Shown piece by piece: positions 61,846 to 64,000 of a stretch of DNA of 64,000 bases. The translations under genes and the position numbers were made by a program. Within the stretch, counting starts at the first letter, position 1. Each line of letters opens with the position of its first letter. The notes under the pieces are model-generated. The model was not told the DNA's origin, searched no databases, and saw only the letters and a list, made by a program, of their open reading frames with translations. The stretch spans positions 190,744 through 254,743 of the IMG/VR virus record IMGVR_UViG_3300007770_001284; one strand, given 5' to 3'.

Positions 61846-63756
61846 ATGGGTGCTCTCGGTGGACATATGGCTCATCTTCATGAGTCGCTAGAATTAACAT
61901 TTAGTGAGCTTTCAGATATCCTTGCTCGCGTCGCTGATGCTGATATAGAGGCAACTGAAAAGGTAGACGGTCAGAACCTCTTCTTGACAGTCAATCAAGC
62001 TGGTGACGTTCAAACAGCTCGTAACGCTGGAGACCTTAAAAAGGGTGGTATGACGCCAGAAGAATTTGCAAGCAAGTGGGCAGGCCATCCTGCAGAGGGT
62101 GCTTTCACAAAGGGGTTCGAAGCGATTAAGCAGGCTATTTCTACCCTGGGTCCTACTGCACAAGTACTTTTTGCGGACGGCGCAAGATATGTCAATATGG
62201 AAGTGATGTATCCAGGTAACCCTAATTTAATTGTATACGATGCGGGAAGTGTGGTACTGCACAACTTCAACACCTTCGACCCGGCTGGTGAGCCTGTGGA
62301 CGACCCTGATGCCAGGGCAGCATTTCAAGAATTCTCCACAGCGTTAGATGCGGCAGAAATAGACGTTGACGGTGAAACATGGACTGTGTGGGGGCCAGTT
62401 GCAGTTCAATTAGAACAACTTGCTTCAGGTGAGCCGCTGGCAGAAGTGCAGGAAGCTATAGCTCGAATTGCTTCTCCTGTAGGGATGGATGCTACCCTGG
62501 AGGATTTAGCGGAGCTCCGCTTGAGGGCAACTGCAGAACGTGGAGGTATTCCCGAAGACAGAATTCAAGATGTTCTCGATGCTGCTTTTCAACGTCCGGG
62601 TGCTAAAAAAATAATTGCGATTAAGAAGGGCTTGCCCAAAGACCAGCAAAAGCTTGTTTCAAAGCTCGGCGCAAAGGCAAATGCATACTCTGCTATTTCT
62701 GCTACATTACGTCCTCTTGAGCTGGCGATTAACGATTTTGCCATTGAAGTTCTCAGGGGAATGGAAAGCTTTTTTGTTTCGGACACTGATACAGAGCTAC
62801 AGCGACAGAGGGCTGAACTCCAGGGTGCGATTGATTTTCTTGAAGGGCTAGCTGGATCCGGTGACGAAAAAATTGGTGCGCTGGTAGATAAGCAGCTTGA
62901 GAAACTTAAGAACATTGAAGATGTTGCTTCGACTATGGAGGGGATTGTTTTCGAGCACCCCCCGGGTAGTGGTAATTTAAAAAAGCTGACAGGCACATTC
63001 GCTATGGCAAACCAGCTTGTTGGGGGAGCTAGAAGAAAAGGGTGGACCCCAGAAGAACCACAGGAAGAATCTTTGTTACGTGGTTACGTAAGAGACCTGA
63101 TTTATGAAGCTATTTCGAGCGAGCAGCCTCACGGCTCTGATCATCGGGTAGGCTTGATTCCAGTTTCTGGCAAGCCGTACCACGCGGGGCACCACTATCT
63201 TGTGGAAAGAGCAGCTAGAGAGAACGATGAAGTAGTTCTTTTTGTGTCTACATCAAACAGACTAAGGAAGGGTCAATTTCCAATTTATGGCGCTGACATG
63301 AAGCGAGTGTGGCAGGAAGAGCTCGAACGAATTATGCCATCGAATGTTACTGTTGAATATGGCGGAAGCCCAGTGAGGAAGGTATACGACTTGATTGGAG
63401 ATGCATGTCAGGTCGGAGAGGGTCTAGAAACGTATGTTGTTTATTCAGACCCTACTGATACAAGCTTAAATTACCCTCCCGAAAGTCGAGACAAGTATAT
63501 GCAACCGCTGTGTGATGAAGGGCGAGTTATTTTCGCGGCAGAAGAAAACCCTGAGGCCTTCAGTCGTGGACAGGGTTCTCCCGATGTAAGTGGAACAGCG
63601 ATGAGGCAAGCCCTTCAGGACGGTAACTTTAAGGAGTTTGCGGTATCAATGCCAGCTGGGGTGAATGCTCAGAATATATGGAATATTCTTACAAAGGTTA
63701 ACGAGAGCCACAAGAGGGTTTCTTTGAGCGAAGCTATCTTTGGTGGAACGTTCTGA
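61846..63756 (+). CDS. ATP-dependent (RNA) ligase-like domain fused to a HIGH-family nucleotidyltransferase
   Basis: TEKVDGQN, MEV, EGIVF, KLTG; linker EESLLRGYVRDLIYE; KPYHAGH, SGTAMR. Confidence 0.65.
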   Translation: MGALGGHMAHLHESLELTFSELSDILARVADADIEATEKVDGQNLFLTVNQAGDVQTARNAGDLKKGGMTPEEFASKWAGHPAEGAFTKGFEAIKQAISTLGPTAQVLFADGARYVNMEVMYPGNPNLIVYDAGSVVLHNFNTFDPAGEPVDDPDARAAFQEFSTALDAAEIDVDGETWTVWGPVAVQLEQLASGEPLAEVQEAIARIASPVGMDATLEDLAELRLRATAERGGIPEDRIQDVLDAAFQRPGAKKIIAIKKGLPKDQQKLVSKLGAKANAYSAISATLRPLELAINDFAIEVLRGMESFFVSDTDTELQRQRAELQGAIDFLEGLAGSGDEKIGALVDKQLEKLKNIEDVASTMEGIVFEHPPGSGNLKKLTGTFAMANQLVGGARRKGWTPEEPQEESLLRGYVRDLIYEAISSEQPHGSDHRVGLIPVSGKPYHAGHHYLVERAARENDEVVLFVSTSNRLRKGQFPIYGADMKRVWQEELERIMPSNVTVEYGGSPVRKVYDLIGDACQVGEGLETYVVYSDPTDTSLNYPPESRDKYMQPLCDEGRVIFAAEENPEAFSRGQGSPDVSGTAMRQALQDGNFKEFAVSMPAGVNAQNIWNILTKVNESHKRVSLSEAIFGGTF

Positions 63757-63761
63757 AATCT

Positions 63762-63790
63762 ATGTAAAAACGCCATTTTACCACTACAAT
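63762..63790 (+). promoter_or_regulatory. Sigma70-like promoter ATGTAA-N17-TACAAT
   Basis: Upstream of the tRNA remnant and tRNA-Leu. Confidence 0.5.
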
Positions 63791-63799
63791 CTCATAGAT

Positions 63800-63835
63800 G
63801 GCTGAGTGGTGGAGCTGGTAGACACAAGAGATTTT
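63800..63835 (+). pseudogene. 5' fragment of a Leu-type tRNA
   Basis: GGCTGAGTGGTGGAGCTGGTAGACACAAGAG D-arm pattern; no T-arm or 3' stem. Confidence 0.55.
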
Positions 63836-63889
63836 ATTTATAAGGCGTTATACAAAGTCTAACATTGAAATATAGCATAAGTGATTTAT

Positions 63890-63977
63890 GCGGGTATGGT
63901 GAAATTTGGTAAACACAAGGGGCTTAAAACCCCTCGACCATTAGGTCTTGCCGGTTCAAGTCCGGCTACCCGTACCA
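63890..63977 (+). tRNA. tRNA-Leu(TAA)
   Basis: Long variable arm, loop CTTAAAA, encoded CCA. Confidence 0.92.
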
Positions 63978-64000
63978 TATATTAAGGTGAGTTGTGACAT

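Noticed and set aside
1-64000. Alternative genetic code (stop-codon recoding), as in some jumbo phages
   Set aside because: Recognisable genes are full-length in the standard code, TAA/TAG/TGA all end genes, and no suppressor tRNA was found

Overview
The window looks like a segment of a large (jumbo-type) tailed bacteriophage genome. Genes are densely packed, mostly on the + strand, often with ATGA/TAATG overlaps, in the standard code. No capsid, terminase or rRNA genes are present. Left (2.8-13.6 kb): one operon with DnaE and a T4-like cytosine-modification set, made of a thymidylate-synthase-family enzyme with the dCMP-type Asp, a dNMP kinase and a beta-glucosyltransferase-like protein. UDP-galactopyranose mutase sits between the synthase and the transferase and an SDR epimerase follows, which predicts a furanose-sugar DNA hypermodification. 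13.6-25.3 kb: acidic, probably virion-associated genes. 25.7-35 kb: 5'-3' exonuclease, GroEL, an RpoD-like sigma truncated before region 4.2 followed by a small HTH-like ORF, peptide deformylase and an HD hydrolase. 35-38 kb: P-loop kinase, tubulin/FtsZ homolog and tmRNA. 37.8-50.5 kb: an array of enzyme-domain genes (HAD, GNAT, ADP-ribosyltransferase, CCA enzyme, 2H, zincin, DUF192) sharing an LLREY(I/V)RExLxE peptide at N-termini and between domains. The peptide resembles a capsid-targeting / prohead-protease signal. Right end: tRNAs, TilS, a MotA/ExbB-like cassette, lipoproteins, thymidine kinase, a tail-fibre-like gene and a ligase-NTase fusion. Two promoter classes are visible: xTG(T/C/A)AA-N17-TATAAT and ATA(C/T)TTA. 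All protein calls come from motif recognition by eye; no database searches were run.
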